Assembly (NCBI GenBank): GCA_963795085.1
Contig: CAWCFX010000001.1
Coordinates: 640,001 to 704,000 of the forward strand
Source: an uncultured Gemmatimonadales bacterium
GTDB taxonomy: Bacteria; Gemmatimonadota; Gemmatimonadetes; Gemmatimonadales; GWC2-71-9
Length of the DNA stretch: 64,000 bases
Direction of reading: 5' to 3'
Of the stretch, positions 29,100-39,391 are shown one piece after another. The stretch's first letter is position 1; each line of letters begins with the position of its first letter. The notes beneath the pieces were generated by a model. The model saw only the letters and a program-made list of their open reading frames with translations. It ran no database searches and was not told where the DNA came from. The translations under genes were made by a program, and so were the position numbers.

Positions 29100-31061
29100 C
29101 TACGCCGAAGTGGAGTCGGTCTGGGCGAGCAGGGCGTCCCGGAAGAACCCCGGCGGGATGGTGCCCATCCGCATGAAGCGCTCGTGGAACCGGCGCGCGC
29201 CCCCGGCCGGGTCGCGGGATTCGACGTCCCGCCGGAGTTGCTGGATCAGGTTCTTGCCCAGGTTGTAGGTGACTGCCTGGGTCGGCCACTTGCTGTAGCG
29301 GTAAATGGCCCGGAGGGCACCGTCACAGACCGCCCGGGCCTCGAGGTCCTCGAGGCCGGCCTGACAGGCGCCGGGATGGAACTGGACGTGCTCGGTGTAG
29401 TAATCCATGGCCTCGGCGAAGCCCATCCGGCCGGTGTGCAGCCCTACGTCAATCCGGACCCGGGCGGCGCGCAGCAACTGGCCCTGCACTTCATAGATCC
29501 GTTCAGCGGCCGAGTAGAACCCGTGGGGTCGCCCCGCTACGGGCTCCGCCATCAACTCCTCGCAATAGAGGCCCCAGCCTTCCGTCGTCATCGAGTCCTG
29601 CCACATGGAGCTGGAATCCTCCACCGCCCCCGGGGTCAGCCACCGGATGTTGGAGATCTCCCCGGCATGCTGGGTCATGTACTTGAAGTGCCAGTCGTGG
29701 CCGGGGAAGCCTTCGTGCACCGCGGTGTCGGCGACCGAGGCCCGGTTGTTGAGCTTGAGCGCCGCCGGGTCGTTGTCCGTCGGGGTGAGGTAGAACCGGC
29801 CGACGCCGGCCTTCTTGAACGGCGGGGCGGGGTAGTACACCGCGTCGATGGTGCTGCGGAGCACGGGAGGGGTGGGCATCACGTCAAGGCGGTAGTCGGC
29901 GGGAATGTCGAACATCCGGTGCTCCCGCCCATAGGCGACCGCCCGCTCCCCGGCGCTTCGGTACCAGCGGAACAGTTCATCGTCGTTGGCCGGCGAGTCC
30001 TGGGAAAGAAAGGCCATGACGGCGCGCACCGACCTCCGCCGATCCTGGTCGGAGCCGAACGGCAACGCCAGCTGGGCTTCCCGCGAGACTTCTTCCGCCA
30101 CCTCGAACATCCGGGCCTCGTACATCGCCACCTGTTCGGCGCCGTAGTCAAACAACTCCCCCGGCGTCCGCTGGACCTGGAGACAGTTCGCCAGCCGCCA
30201 GGCGTATTCTTCCTCGCCCGCGGCAAACCGGTCGGCCCGGTCGGCGGGGTCGTAAGTCTCGTGGAAGAAGGCGGCCAGTCCGTGATACGCCGTGGCGGCG
30301 GCCGCAGCGGCGGCGGCGAGATCGCCCAGGGTCGCGGCGGCAAAGGGCCGTGACCCGAGGTACGTGCGGGCCTGGGCAGGCAGGGTGTCGCGGAAGTATC
30401 CGGCATTCGATTCGCTGCCCGAGATGCCGTCCCGCTGGATCATGCGCCGGTCCGGCAGGTTTCCGTTGCTCTTTCCCGCCAGCAGGTTGGTCCGGGCGGT
30501 GTCCACGTACGCGGGAATGGCCCGGAGCCGGCGGATGACCAGTTGCCATTCCTCCAGGCTGCCCAGCGCACCGCCGTCGAAGGGCTGCATCTGCTGGATT
30601 TGCCAGTCGATCCCCCGGAACGGTTCGGCCACATAGGTATCCACTGCCCGTTCTTGGTGACGACGGGCATCCTGGTGCAGGAGAAATCCGACCTGCGCCG
30701 CGAGCACGCCGTGGTCGATCCGGGCCTGGGGGCTCAGCGCCGTCGTGTCGATGGTGGCCAGTTCCCGCTGCACATCCTGGTGGAACCTCGTTTCCAGCCC
30801 CAGGGTTGCCGGGGTCCAGTCGCGCAGGCGCCCGTTGACCTCCGCGAGAGACGGGTGATAGCCATCGCCGCCCAGATAGGTCGAGGTGACCGGGTTGTAC
30901 TCCAGCTCCTTGAGGAAGTACCGGTCCCGGAGCGAGGTCAGGGCGGGGTCGGCCTGGTGCACGGCCGGGGTTTCCTTGGGGGCGCAGGCCCCGAGGTGGC
31001 GGAGCACGCCGAACGCGGCGGCGGTCTGGGCGGAGCGATACAGAAAGCTGCGGCGGCGCAT
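29100..31061 (-). CDS. DUF885 family Tat-exported metallopeptidase-like lipoprotein
   Basis: MRRRSFL Tat motif, LGAC lipobox, HEGFPGH, EGWGLYCE, RIDVGLH. Confidence 0.9.
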   Translation of the reverse strand: MRRRSFLYRSAQTAAAFGVLRHLGACAPKETPAVHQADPALTSLRDRYFLKELEYNPVTSTYLGGDGYHPSLAEVNGRLRDWTPATLGLETRFHQDVQRELATIDTTALSPQARIDHGVLAAQVGFLLHQDARRHQERAVDTYVAEPFRGIDWQIQQMQPFDGGALGSLEEWQLVIRRLRAIPAYVDTARTNLLAGKSNGNLPDRRMIQRDGISGSESNAGYFRDTLPAQARTYLGSRPFAAATLGDLAAAAAAAATAYHGLAAFFHETYDPADRADRFAAGEEEYAWRLANCLQVQRTPGELFDYGAEQVAMYEARMFEVAEEVSREAQLALPFGSDQDRRRSVRAVMAFLSQDSPANDDELFRWYRSAGERAVAYGREHRMFDIPADYRLDVMPTPPVLRSTIDAVYYPAPPFKKAGVGRFYLTPTDNDPAALKLNNRASVADTAVHEGFPGHDWHFKYMTQHAGEISNIRWLTPGAVEDSSSMWQDSMTTEGWGLYCEELMAEPVAGRPHGFYSAAERIYEVQGQLLRAARVRIDVGLHTGRMGFAEAMDYYTEHVQFHPGACQAGLEDLEARAVCDGALRAIYRYSKWPTQAVTYNLGKNLIQQLRRDVESRDPAGGARRFHERFMRMGTIPPGFFRDALLAQTDSTSA

Positions 31062-31161
31062 GGGACGCTCGGCGGATGCGGGAACCTTGAAGCTAGGGGA
31101 GACCGGGGGCGCCGGCAAACCCGATTATATTGTCACGGTCCATACCACGGAATTCGGTACC

Positions 31162-31551
31162 ATGAAGCTCGGATGGATGCTCGCGCTGCTGGCCGCTGTC
31201 CCGCCGGGAACCCTCTCTGCCCAGTCGCCGGGAGATTCGCTGCCTCCGGGGGTGACGGCGGAGATGGTTGCCCGGGGCAAGAAGGTTTTCACCGGGGCCG
31301 GTGTCTGTTTCGCCTGCCACGGCACCGACGGCGAGGGGGTCAGTGCCCCGTCACTGACCGACAGTGTGTGGATTCACAGCCGCGGCGAGTATGCCCGGAT
31401 CGTAGAAAATATCCGGACCGGGTTTGACGCAAAGGCTTCCCAAACCGGTGTGGTGATGCCGCCCCGGGGCGGCTCAGCCATCAACGATGAAGACTTGCAT
31501 GCGGTGGCCGCCTATGTATGGAGCCTGAGCCGCCGCCCTCCCAGCCCCTGA
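31162..31551 (+). CDS. Monoheme c-type cytochrome
   Basis: Signal peptide, CFACH heme motif, distal MPPRGG. Confidence 0.9.
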   Translation: MKLGWMLALLAAVPPGTLSAQSPGDSLPPGVTAEMVARGKKVFTGAGVCFACHGTDGEGVSAPSLTDSVWIHSRGEYARIVENIRTGFDAKASQTGVVMPPRGGSAINDEDLHAVAAYVWSLSRRPPSP

Positions 31552-33003
31552 TTGGCCACTCCGCTCGAACTCTCCCACGATGAAATGGTCCGGCTGGGCA
31601 CCCGGGTCACCGAGGTGGTGGCCCGCCACCTCGCGAGCCTCCGCGAACAGCGGGTCTTCACGACGCTGACCCGGGTCGAGGCGGAACGGCTGGTCGGCGA
31701 AACGGCTCCGGAGCAGGGCACCGGTTTCGAGCAACTGGTGACCCAGCTGGAGGAACGTGTCCTTGCCTACTCGGCCCGGGAGCCGCATCCCGGGTTCATG
31801 GCCTACGTTCCCAGTTGCCCCACCTTTCCCGCCATCATGGGCGACTGGCTCGCCGCCGGGTTCAACTGCTTTGCGGGAGTCTGGTCGGTGGCGGCCGGCC
31901 CCAACGCGCTGGAACTGACGGTCCTCGACTGGTTCCGCACCTGGCTGGGAATGCCGCTGGGAACCTCGGGGTTGCTCACCTCCGGCGGCTCGGCGGCCAC
32001 CGTCACGGCCGTGGTGGCTGCCCGGCACGGCGTGGTGCAGGACCAGCCGGGGCGGCTGGAGCGCACCGTCCTCTACACCTCGACCCAGGCCCACTCGTCG
32101 GTGACCCGGGCGGCGTGGATCGCGGGGATTCCCCGCGGTAACGTCCGGGCTGTTCCGGTGGACAGCGAATTCAGGATGGATGCCGGCGGGCTGCGCCGCG
32201 CGATCGCCGCCGACCGCGCCGCCGGATTGCTGCCCTGCTGCGTGGTGGCGAGCGCCGGGACGACCAACACCGGGTCCGTGGATCCATTACCGGAGATTGC
32301 CGGCATTTGCGAGGAGGCCGGCACCTGGTTCCATGTTGACGCCGCGTATGGCGGGTTTGCCGCGCTGACCGACCGGGGGCGGGCTCTCCTCGATGGTATC
32401 GAGCGCGCCGATTCGGTGACCCTGGACCCCCACAAGTGGCTGTTCGTCCCCTTCGAGTGCGGCTGCCTGCTCGCCCGCGAGCCGGCCCGCCTCAGCGATG
32501 CGTTCCGGATTCTGCCGGAATACCTGCGGGACGTGGAGACCGACGGCGTGGAAGTGAATTTCGCCGACTACGGCGAACAGCTGACCCGCTACAGCCGCGC
32601 GTTCAAGGTTTGGCTGCCCATCCAATATTATGGCCTGGGTGCGCTCCGTTCCGCGATCGATACCGGCATCAACCTCGCGGTCCACGCCGAGCGGCGGCTG
32701 CGCGAGGACCCCGCGTTCGAGATCCTTTCCCCCGCGAAGCTGGGGATCGTCTGTTTCCGGGCGCATCCTCCGGGCATGGACGACAATGTCGCGCTGGATC
32801 GGCTCAATGAGCGCCTCAACCAGGATGTCAACGCGGGGGGCCGCCACTTCATTTCTTCGACCCGGATAAACGGCTGCTTCTCTCTCCGGATTTGCATCCT
32901 GGGTTTTCGCACCCTGGAACAGGATGTGGACGATCTGGTTGCTGCTCTGCGTGACGCGGCTGCCCGCCTTCAGGCCGAAAGCGGCCGGCCGGACCTGCCC
33001 TGA
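31552..33003 (+). CDS. PLP-dependent group II (aromatic L-amino acid-type) decarboxylase
   Basis: HPGFMAY, TSGGS, HVDAAYGG, LDPHKW PLP lysine; TTG start. Confidence 0.93.
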   Translation: MATPLELSHDEMVRLGTRVTEVVARHLASLREQRVFTTLTRVEAERLVGETAPEQGTGFEQLVTQLEERVLAYSAREPHPGFMAYVPSCPTFPAIMGDWLAAGFNCFAGVWSVAAGPNALELTVLDWFRTWLGMPLGTSGLLTSGGSAATVTAVVAARHGVVQDQPGRLERTVLYTSTQAHSSVTRAAWIAGIPRGNVRAVPVDSEFRMDAGGLRRAIAADRAAGLLPCCVVASAGTTNTGSVDPLPEIAGICEEAGTWFHVDAAYGGFAALTDRGRALLDGIERADSVTLDPHKWLFVPFECGCLLAREPARLSDAFRILPEYLRDVETDGVEVNFADYGEQLTRYSRAFKVWLPIQYYGLGALRSAIDTGINLAVHAERRLREDPAFEILSPAKLGIVCFRAHPPGMDDNVALDRLNERLNQDVNAGGRHFISSTRINGCFSLRICILGFRTLEQDVDDLVAALRDAAARLQAESGRPDLP

Positions 33004-33020
33004 TCGCCCTCCCGGATTTC

Positions 33021-34568
33021 CTAGGGTTGCAGCTCCTGGGCAAGGAAGGCCAGGGTCGTGCAGCTCCCCGGCATCGCCTGCGCGGTGGTCCCCAGGATCT
33101 GGAGGCTGTGGTCCAGGCCCTGGAGCGGGAGGTAAGTCGCCGGCACCCCGGCCAGGTTGAGCGCGGACTTGAGCCAGGAAGAATGGCTCGGCGGCACCAC
33201 CGGGTCGGCGGTGCCGTGGATCAGCAGCGCCAGGGGGTCGCCCGCGCTTGTATGCTGAATCGGGGAAGCCTTGGCTGCCACCGACGGCACATTGGCGGGG
33301 TTCCCACCCAGGAAGTCGATCACCATCGGCAGGCTGGCGGACGGAAAATTACCGGTCTGGCGCAGGTCGGAGGCGCCGGCATAGGCGACGACCGCCTTGA
33401 TCGTGATCATCGCGCCTGAGGTGCCGCAGGGCCCGTCGAGGGACGTGACGTTGGCAGCCAGGCCCATCAACTCGGCGAGATGCCCGCCGGCCGATACCCC
33501 GAGCGCGGCGCCCCGGTTAGGGTCAAGGCTGTAGCTGGAGGCGTTGGACCGGATCCACCGAAGCGCGCACCTGAGGTCCTGGATTGCCGCTGGGAACCGA
33601 TTGGTGTTCCCGGACACGAGGCGGTAATTCACCGAGAGCGCGGTATAGCCCGCCGCCGCAAGCTGCAGAATCTCATTCCGTAGGCTGGATTTGTCTCCCT
33701 TGAACCACCCACCGCCATGCACGAGGATCACCACCGGGTGAACACCGGGGGTCTTGGGCCACGCCACGTCCAGTTTCTGGGGAACACCGCCGGTGGTGGT
33801 GTAGGTGACATCGGTCGCCAGGTTGACACTCCCGGCTGCCGGCACCGCCGGGATCGGGCAGTTGGTGACGACACTGACGGCCTCGGCTGGATTCCGCACC
33901 GTGACCGTGGCCGTCTGGCTCAACGCCACGCCGTTTGCGGTGACGCTCAGGGTCCGGGTACCGGCCACGGTGGCGGAGAACCGTGCGGTTGTTATTCCGG
34001 ACCCATCGGTCGGCGCCGGGGCGGTGATCTGGTTGCCCGTGCCAGTGGCGCTGACGGTGACCGCCGCGTTGACAACAGGCTGGCCCCCGGCATCGCGCAC
34101 GATAACCGTGACAATCGCGACCCCCGAATCCTGGGCGATGGACGACGGGTTGACGGTGATCGTAGATGCGGTCGCGCTGGGCGGGTTGGCGGCTCCACCC
34201 TGGAGCGTAATGGCGGCGGTGTCGGCCTTGCCGCCCGCGGTGGCGGTGATGAGGGCTTGCCCGCTGGTAGCCAGGCTGGTCACCCGGCCGCTACTGTTGA
34301 CGGAAGCCCGCGCCGGGTGCAGCGACTGCCAGGCGACCCCCACGTTTGCGGGTGGGATGGTCTTTCCTGCCTGGTCCTTTACGCTAACGGTCAGGGTCAC
34401 CGAACTGCCCTGTCCGACAATCGTGTCAGCGGCCGGAGTGACCCGGACCGCGCTGACGGTAACGGCCTGGGCAATGACAGAGTGTGGCTCGGATGGTCCG
34501 CTACGGTCAGCGTTTTCACAGCCCAGCGCGGCTAGCGCAAGGCATACTGTGGCAATCTTTGAACCCAT
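33021..34568 (-). CDS. Lipoprotein with Ig-like domains fused to an alpha/beta hydrolase (esterase)
   Basis: Lipobox ALGC; Big_2/Big_1-like N-half; HGGGW, GVSAG, HGTADPVV, H in GLDH. Confidence 0.88.
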   Translation of the reverse strand: MGSKIATVCLALAALGCENADRSGPSEPHSVIAQAVTVSAVRVTPAADTIVGQGSSVTLTVSVKDQAGKTIPPANVGVAWQSLHPARASVNSSGRVTSLATSGQALITATAGGKADTAAITLQGGAANPPSATASTITVNPSSIAQDSGVAIVTVIVRDAGGQPVVNAAVTVSATGTGNQITAPAPTDGSGITTARFSATVAGTRTLSVTANGVALSQTATVTVRNPAEAVSVVTNCPIPAVPAAGSVNLATDVTYTTTGGVPQKLDVAWPKTPGVHPVVILVHGGGWFKGDKSSLRNEILQLAAAGYTALSVNYRLVSGNTNRFPAAIQDLRCALRWIRSNASSYSLDPNRGAALGVSAGGHLAELMGLAANVTSLDGPCGTSGAMITIKAVVAYAGASDLRQTGNFPSASLPMVIDFLGGNPANVPSVAAKASPIQHTSAGDPLALLIHGTADPVVPPSHSSWLKSALNLAGVPATYLPLQGLDHSLQILGTTAQAMPGSCTTLAFLAQELQP

Positions 34569-34802
34569 GTGCTGAAACCTCTATGCTAATGGCTCCCGCC
34601 TCGTGGAGTGCATCGCCCTCCGCGATACGGAATTCCCGGATTTGCAGGCAGGCACAGGCGCGCTTTCCCCGCCCGGCGATAGTGAATTTCCTGCACCAAG
34701 TTGTTCGCATCCAAGTTGATACATGCCGTACGCAGGGGCTGTGGCGGATGACCCGACTGGCCTGGGATCAGGGAACTCCCCATGGGATTGCCTGGCAGGG
34801 TG

Positions 34803-34842
34803 AAAAAGACCGCGCCCGCCGAATGCCGGCGGGCGCGGTTTT
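34803..34842. terminator. Rho-independent terminator
   Basis: 14-bp GC stem (34808-34821/34827-34840) with A-tract and T-tract flanks. Confidence 0.85.
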
Positions 34843-34862
34843 GCTACGGTCTGGTCAGCGGA

Positions 34863-35711
34863 TCAGGGGCAGTGCGAAAAGCCCTCGTTGCCGTTGTTGT
34901 AGCTGTCCAGGAGGCTGGAGAGGGCGGTGAGTTGGCCCTTGCTGAGCGTTGAGCCGCCCGGGTTGAGGAAGTAAGCCGTGGCGTCGTCAAGCGCGCTCTG
35001 GATGTGCGCCGGCACCCCCGCCCCGTTGGCCTTGTTCAGCGTGGCGGCAATGAACTGGTGGCCCAGGATGTAATAAACGTTGCCGCCCTTCGGCGCCGTT
35101 TTCAGGACGTTGAGCCAGCTCTGGCCGCTGCCGTAGAAGGTCGCGTTGGGAGAATGGCTCTGGGGCCAGGCGCTGGAGTGGTTCTTCCAGTAGCCCTGGG
35201 TATACGTGCAGCCACCGGGGGGCGGCGGCGGCGGAGGGACAACCGAGTTATAGAACTCCACCAGGACGCCCCGGTCGCCATTGAAGGCCGAGGTGTAGGT
35301 GGTCGTGCCGGTGATCGGCGAACCCCGTACCCCGGTGGGATTCCGGATGGTGTTGATCGTGGCCACGATGGAATCCAGAACAATCCCGGGATCAGCGGTT
35401 TCCGTCGTGGTTACCGAGATGGTCCCGGCCCCCAGGATCTCGGTACTGGCCAACACCGCGCACTCACCTGCCGCGAGGGTGACGGAGGTGACCGGGCCGC
35501 TATTGATGCTGTATTCGAACGTGGCCGCGGTGCCGTGTTTGCAGACCTCGAACTCGCCGGTGTCCACGACACCAGGCGTCCCGCCGCCCACGGCAAACTG
35601 GGGGGTCATACCGCCGCCGGGCGCGGTGGGGTTGGAAACCTCGCTACAGCCGGCGAGGGCTGCGCCTAGAAACAGGATGCATCCTGTTCCCCGAACTGCG
35701 GATCGGAGCAT
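34863..35711 (-). CDS. Hypothetical lipoprotein with Pro linker and C-terminal GCTYTQGYWKNH domain
   Basis: Lipobox LAGC; PPPPPPP linker; HQFIAATLN. Confidence 0.78.
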   Translation of the reverse strand: MLRSAVRGTGCILFLGAALAGCSEVSNPTAPGGGMTPQFAVGGGTPGVVDTGEFEVCKHGTAATFEYSINSGPVTSVTLAAGECAVLASTEILGAGTISVTTTETADPGIVLDSIVATINTIRNPTGVRGSPITGTTTYTSAFNGDRGVLVEFYNSVVPPPPPPPGGCTYTQGYWKNHSSAWPQSHSPNATFYGSGQSWLNVLKTAPKGGNVYYILGHQFIAATLNKANGAGVPAHIQSALDDATAYFLNPGGSTLSKGQLTALSSLLDSYNNGNEGFSHCP

Positions 35712-36146
35712 ACTTGGCCTCACGGTATCTGGGGTGTTGAAACATCTGGGGTGGACGCCGGGCCATGATCGCAAGAGGAATACCGCAGTCGATGGCCGTT
35801 GCCATTTCTAGCTAAGCTGTTGTTATTCAACGATATCCATCTACCAAAACGAGAAACGTGGCCCCGGCTGTTGTGGCGGACCTCTGACAGGTCGGGGCGC
35901 CCGCGCTCCTGCAGTGCGCCCCAGTCGCCTCGCGGTTCTCGCGGTTGTGGATCGAAACGACGGACGCCGGAACCGGTCCTGGCTCCCGGGGGAAAGGCCT
36001 GGTCCGCAACGATGTTGGCGGGTTTTCAGGGGGACCCGTCCCGGCCTCGGTTGTATCGGCTCTCCATGATCGTTACATTGGTGCCGCCATCCCCCTGTCA
36101 TGACCAGGAGTTCCACTCTGTCACACTCCACCCACGTTCGCTCCCG

Positions 36147-38177
36147 GTGGTGGGTCCGGTGAAAGAATCGGAGACGGCTCCGGCGCCGACGCTGCCGGCC
36201 GAACTGGTCCAGATTCTCGTCGAGCTTAGTAACTCCCTCAACAAGCACACCATGTATCCTGCCGGCCATCCCATGCTCGTGGGAGCGGCTGACAATTTCC
36301 TCGGGCTCCTGAACAAGCTGTTTGAAACCCGCGCGGCTCTCGCTCTGGGCGTGTCGCCCAGCCAGCTGATCGCCGGCGGCATTGCCACCGACCCCAGTCA
36401 TATCATCCTGCGTGAACTGGCCGCCCGTCTGCACCGCCGGAATATCGGCGCGATCAAGTTCTACCGGGGGGTTCACCGCGACGAGCTGGTGGAAGCGCTG
36501 CTGTTTCTCTCGGCCGAGGACCGGCTGCAGGAAGGGGAATCGGCGCGGCGCTGGGCCCATATCCGCCTCCACCCGCTCTCCTACAGCGCGCTCGAGTTGA
36601 TTGGCGAGGGCGGCCAGGCCGGCGGCAGCTCCTGGGCCGCCAAGCTGTGGCTGGACCTGAGCCGCGCCGCGCTGGAACGCGCGGACATGGTAGAAGGGGC
36701 CACCGATCCCGCCGGCATGGCCCGCGCGATCGACGCCCGGCAGTGGGATGACCAGTACGGCCAGCGCATCGCGGAGACCCTGACCGACCTGATGGAGGCC
36801 TGCCGGGCCCGGGGCGGGGCCGAAGCCATCGCGCTGCAGAGCCAGATTTCCCGGTTGATTTCCTCCATGTCGCCGGAGACGCTGGAGCGGCTGGTCATGC
36901 TGGAGCGCAACGAGGTAGAACGGCAACGGTTCCTGCTGGAGATCGCCCAGTCCATGGCGGTGGACGCGGTCATGGACCTGGTGCAGGCCGCCTCCCGTGC
37001 CACCGGGCGAAGCATCTCCCCGGCGCTGGTGCAGTTGCTCGAAAAACTGGGCGAGCACAGCCGGCAGGGATCGGAGGCCACCCGGGAACGCGCCGAGTTC
37101 GCCTTTCGCAACCAGGTGCGGGAGTTGATCACCGGGTGGGAGGATTATGAATCCCGGGACCCGGCACCCCGCGATCATCAGCGCACCCTGGCCCACCTTC
37201 ACCTGGCCGGGATGAGTCCGCTGCGCGGTCATTCGTCGACCTACGAATGCGAGCCGGAGCGGATCCTGGCCATGAGTCTCGAGCTGGGCACCGCCAACCA
37301 GTCTACCTACGCGGCTGCCGCCTACCTGATTCACCAGGGTAAGACCGCCAGGCTCAAGGATTACTTCGCGCGCTCTCCGTCGCCTGGCCTGGCTGGGGAG
37401 ATCCTGAACGCGGTGGCCACCCCGGAATCCTTTCGGGCTCTGCTGGGCCGGGACCCGCTCGACATGTCGGGTCTCGAGTTGCTGGTGCCGCTCCTGGCGG
37501 AAGGGGCGATGGGTCCGCTGCTCGACGCCCTCGCGGCGGCGGAACCTCCGGAGCGACGGGACCAGTTGATCCGGATCCTGGTGCCGTTCGGCGAAACGGC
37601 CGGGGCGGAAGCACTCACCCGGCTGGAGGGCGCCGAATGGGCGGCCCAGCGCAACCTGCTCACGCTGATCACCCGGATGCCGGCCCCGCCGCGCGGGTTT
37701 TCTCCGGCCCTGTTCATCGATCACGCGGAGCCGAAAGTGCGGTCCGAGGCACTCCGAATTCTGTTCCGGGGGCCGGCCACCCGGACTCGCGCCATCTGCG
37801 AAGCGCTTTCCGCGAAGGACCCGGGGACCGTACGGCTCGGGGTCTTCGCCGCGGCCGAAGATTGTCCCGTGGCGGCGGTCCCCCTGCTGATCCCGCTGGT
37901 CGAACGGAGCGCCTTCGAGCCCGGTATCAAGGCCACGGCCATCCAGGCGCTGGCCCCGGTTCCCCAACCGCTGGTGCTGGAATGCCTGGTGGGTCTCTGC
38001 CTGATCCGGGGCCGCTGGTTCCGGCGCAGCCGGATCGCGGGGAAGTCGCCCCTGGTGCTGGCGGCGCTGACGGGCCTCAACCGTTACTGGGCCGACCACT
38101 CCAGGGCCCAGGAGCCGCTGGCCCTGGCCGCGGGCCATCCCGACCGCGATATCCGCGCGGCGGCGGAACGAAAATGA
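36147..38177 (+). CDS. HEAT-repeat protein (start uncertain, 36066-36159)
   Basis: N-terminal MYPAGHP domain; C-terminal HEAT-like repeats (DHAEPKVRSEALR, HPDRDIRAAA). Confidence 0.8.
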   Translation: MVGPVKESETAPAPTLPAELVQILVELSNSLNKHTMYPAGHPMLVGAADNFLGLLNKLFETRAALALGVSPSQLIAGGIATDPSHIILRELAARLHRRNIGAIKFYRGVHRDELVEALLFLSAEDRLQEGESARRWAHIRLHPLSYSALELIGEGGQAGGSSWAAKLWLDLSRAALERADMVEGATDPAGMARAIDARQWDDQYGQRIAETLTDLMEACRARGGAEAIALQSQISRLISSMSPETLERLVMLERNEVERQRFLLEIAQSMAVDAVMDLVQAASRATGRSISPALVQLLEKLGEHSRQGSEATRERAEFAFRNQVRELITGWEDYESRDPAPRDHQRTLAHLHLAGMSPLRGHSSTYECEPERILAMSLELGTANQSTYAAAAYLIHQGKTARLKDYFARSPSPGLAGEILNAVATPESFRALLGRDPLDMSGLELLVPLLAEGAMGPLLDALAAAEPPERRDQLIRILVPFGETAGAEALTRLEGAEWAAQRNLLTLITRMPAPPRGFSPALFIDHAEPKVRSEALRILFRGPATRTRAICEALSAKDPGTVRLGVFAAAEDCPVAAVPLLIPLVERSAFEPGIKATAIQALAPVPQPLVLECLVGLCLIRGRWFRRSRIAGKSPLVLAALTGLNRYWADHSRAQEPLALAAGHPDRDIRAAAERK

Positions 38178-39346
38178 GCGTCCGTCTCGCGGTGCTCTTC
38201 CTCAACTCGTTCGTGCAGACCCTGGCGACGATCCGGCTGTACAGTCCCGGGCATCCCCAGCGGTCCCGGGCGGTGGACGCGTCCTTCGCCCAGTTGGCCA
38301 ACCTGCTGGAGTCAGACCCCTATCCCCGATTCTCCTTCCTCGAGCAGAGCGTCATCTATGGCGACAAGCCGGTGCACGATCTGCCCAAGTGGCCCTGGGC
38401 CCAGCGGCTGGCGGCGGTGGGCGTGCAGCGCATGGAGTTCGACAAGAATATCAGCCGGGAGGACTACGAGGGCTTCCTCGACCACGTCCTCAACCTGCTG
38501 ACGACGACCGACGAGGGATTCCGCGCCAAGGGCCGGCGCACCACGGTCAAGTTCGGGCAGGTGGGGTTCCGCGAGGGCGAAGAAGTCGTGAAGGTCGAGA
38601 AGATCGCGGCCATCAAGAAAGCCTACACGCTCGATGAAGAGGTCGGCGTCGTCCAGTACCTGCAGCAGCGGGTGGCCGAGGGGGGCAAGATTCCAGCCGC
38701 CGAGGTGGAGACGGTGGTGCGGTCGCTGGCGGTGGCCATGCGGGAGGAGGACATCCTGATGGCGCCGCTGCTCGAACTCAAGAACATCGAGGAGTACGCC
38801 TCGGTCCACGCCGTCAATGTCGCGCTGCTGACCATGACCTTCGCCGAATCCATGGGCCTGGCCGAGGCCGACGTCCATGAATTCGGGGTGGCCGGGCTGC
38901 TGCACGACACCGGCATGATCCTGGTCCCGGCGGAGCTGAGCGCCAGGAAATCGCTGACCCCGGAGGAACGCGCCATCATGGAGGGGCATCCGGTGGAAGG
39001 CGCCCGGTTGATTCTCAAGCAGCAGGGCTCCGACCTGGCGGCGGCGGTAGCCTACGAGCACCATGTGCGGCCGGACGGCAACGGCTACCCCCGCTTCGTG
39101 TTTCCCCGCGAGTGCCATTTCGCCAGCAAGATCGTCGGGGTCTGCTCGGCGTACGACGCCCTCCGGATGGCGCGGCCCTACCGTCCCGCCTGGAACATGC
39201 ACCGGGTGCTGGAATACGTGTATGAAGGGGCCGGGACCGTGTTCGACAAGGACGTGGCGTGGCACCTGGTGGGGATGATGCAGCGGCTGGAGAGCCGGAT
39301 CGCGGGGCGGGGAGAGGTCAGGAATCCAGGGGAGCCGGGGGCGTAA
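38174..39346 (+). CDS. HD-GYP domain cyclic-dinucleotide phosphodiesterase
   Basis: HAVNV, LLHDTG, HPVEG, EHHVRPDGNGYP, YDAL..RPYR; ATGA overlap with the upstream gene. Confidence 0.92.
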   Translation: MSVRLAVLFLNSFVQTLATIRLYSPGHPQRSRAVDASFAQLANLLESDPYPRFSFLEQSVIYGDKPVHDLPKWPWAQRLAAVGVQRMEFDKNISREDYEGFLDHVLNLLTTTDEGFRAKGRRTTVKFGQVGFREGEEVVKVEKIAAIKKAYTLDEEVGVVQYLQQRVAEGGKIPAAEVETVVRSLAVAMREEDILMAPLLELKNIEEYASVHAVNVALLTMTFAESMGLAEADVHEFGVAGLLHDTGMILVPAELSARKSLTPEERAIMEGHPVEGARLILKQQGSDLAAAVAYEHHVRPDGNGYPRFVFPRECHFASKIVGVCSAYDALRMARPYRPAWNMHRVLEYVYEGAGTVFDKDVAWHLVGMMQRLESRIAGRGEVRNPGEPGA

Positions 39347-39391
39347 GCACCGGTTCTATTGCCCCGGGACGGGAACCGGGCCGCCGGCCGT

